From the NCBI RefSeq assembly GCF_004010195.1, contig NC_057719.1, forward strand, positions 52,213,037-52,277,036: a stretch of DNA of 64,000 bases, in the 5' to 3' direction. Under the pieces are notes generated by a model. It was not told the DNA's origin. It searched no databases and saw only the letters and a program-made list of their open reading frames with translations. Below are positions 63,478 to 64,000 of this stretch, in pieces (position 1 is the stretch's first letter; each line of letters opens with the position of its first letter). A program made the translations under genes and the position numbers. The stretch comes from Chiloscyllium plagiosum (Eukaryota).

Positions 63478-64000
63478 ATTTTCCCAACATTGACAGGGAT
63501 TGACTTAGTGTTAGAGGATTGGAAGGAGCAGAATTCGTGAGGAGCATCCAGGAGAATTTTCTAGAGCAGTATGGAAGTAGTCCAACTCGTGAAGGGGCCA
63601 GAGTGGGCCTGATGTTGGGAAATGAGCCTGGCCAGGTGGTTAAAGTTTCAATGGGGGATTACTTTGGGAATAATGATCACAGTTCCGTAAGTTTTAGGAT
63701 ACTCATGGACAAAGATGAGACTGGTCCTAAAGGAAGAGTGCTAAATTGGGGTAAGGTCAACTATATTGATTTCAACACTTCAACTCCCCTCCCACTCCAC
63801 CAAGGACATGCAGGTCCTTGGACTCCTCCATCGCCAGACCATAGCAACACGACGGTTGGAGGAAGAGCACCTCATCTCTCCTGTTCCTTGGATGCTGCCT
63901 GACCTGCTGCGCTTTTCCAGCAACACATTTTCAGCTAAGGTCAACTATAGCAAAATTCAGCAGGAGCTGGGGAATGTAGATTGGGAGCAGCTGTTTGAAG
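63478..64000 (+). mobile_element. CR1 LINE endonuclease region, continues beyond window
   Basis: FPNID, IQENFLEQY..SPTREGA..LMLGNEPGQV, FGNNDH. Confidence 0.9.
63766..63935 (+). mobile_element. Internally deleted PLE insertion (GIY-YIG piece joined to terminus)
   Basis: QHFNSPPTP..RRLEEEHLI piece joined to CTCCTGTTCCTTGGATGCTGCC...TTTTCAGC. Perfect TSD TAAGGTCAACTATA at 63752-63765 and 63936-63949. Confidence 0.88.

Noticed and set aside
1..64000. Prokaryotic systems (operons, CRISPR, defence islands) or an intact host gene
   Set aside because: Content is vertebrate retroelement-rich DNA with no gene-dense ORFs or repeat-spacer arrays.

Overview
AT-rich eukaryotic DNA from a repeat-dense intergenic or intronic region. 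It is very likely a cartilaginous fish (shark), judged from HE1-like SINEs and HER1/CR1-like LINEs recognised by eye. I found no intact host protein-coding gene; the recognisable ORFs in the track are fragments of decayed transposable elements. The window holds many CR1 LINE pieces, an L2/CR1-group LINE family, at least three Penelope-like element (PLE) families, tRNA-derived SINEs, two copies of one LTR, a Ty3/Gypsy remnant, PIF/Harbinger transposase and Myb remnants, one tRNA-Lys(CTT) copy fused to a CR1 5' junction, and four assembly gaps. The main signal is more than a dozen minimal hammerhead-ribozyme (HHR) cores (CTGANGA-stem II-GAAA-CG-TH) in PLE termini, with stems that covary between families. 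Many sit in 90-230 bp insertions with 9-15 bp target-site duplications (TSDs), and their 5' ends or inversion centres fall at the ribozyme core. HHRs in PLEs are known; the boundary clustering is my inference. Element boundaries are approximate unless a TSD is quoted, and family names were not database-checked.
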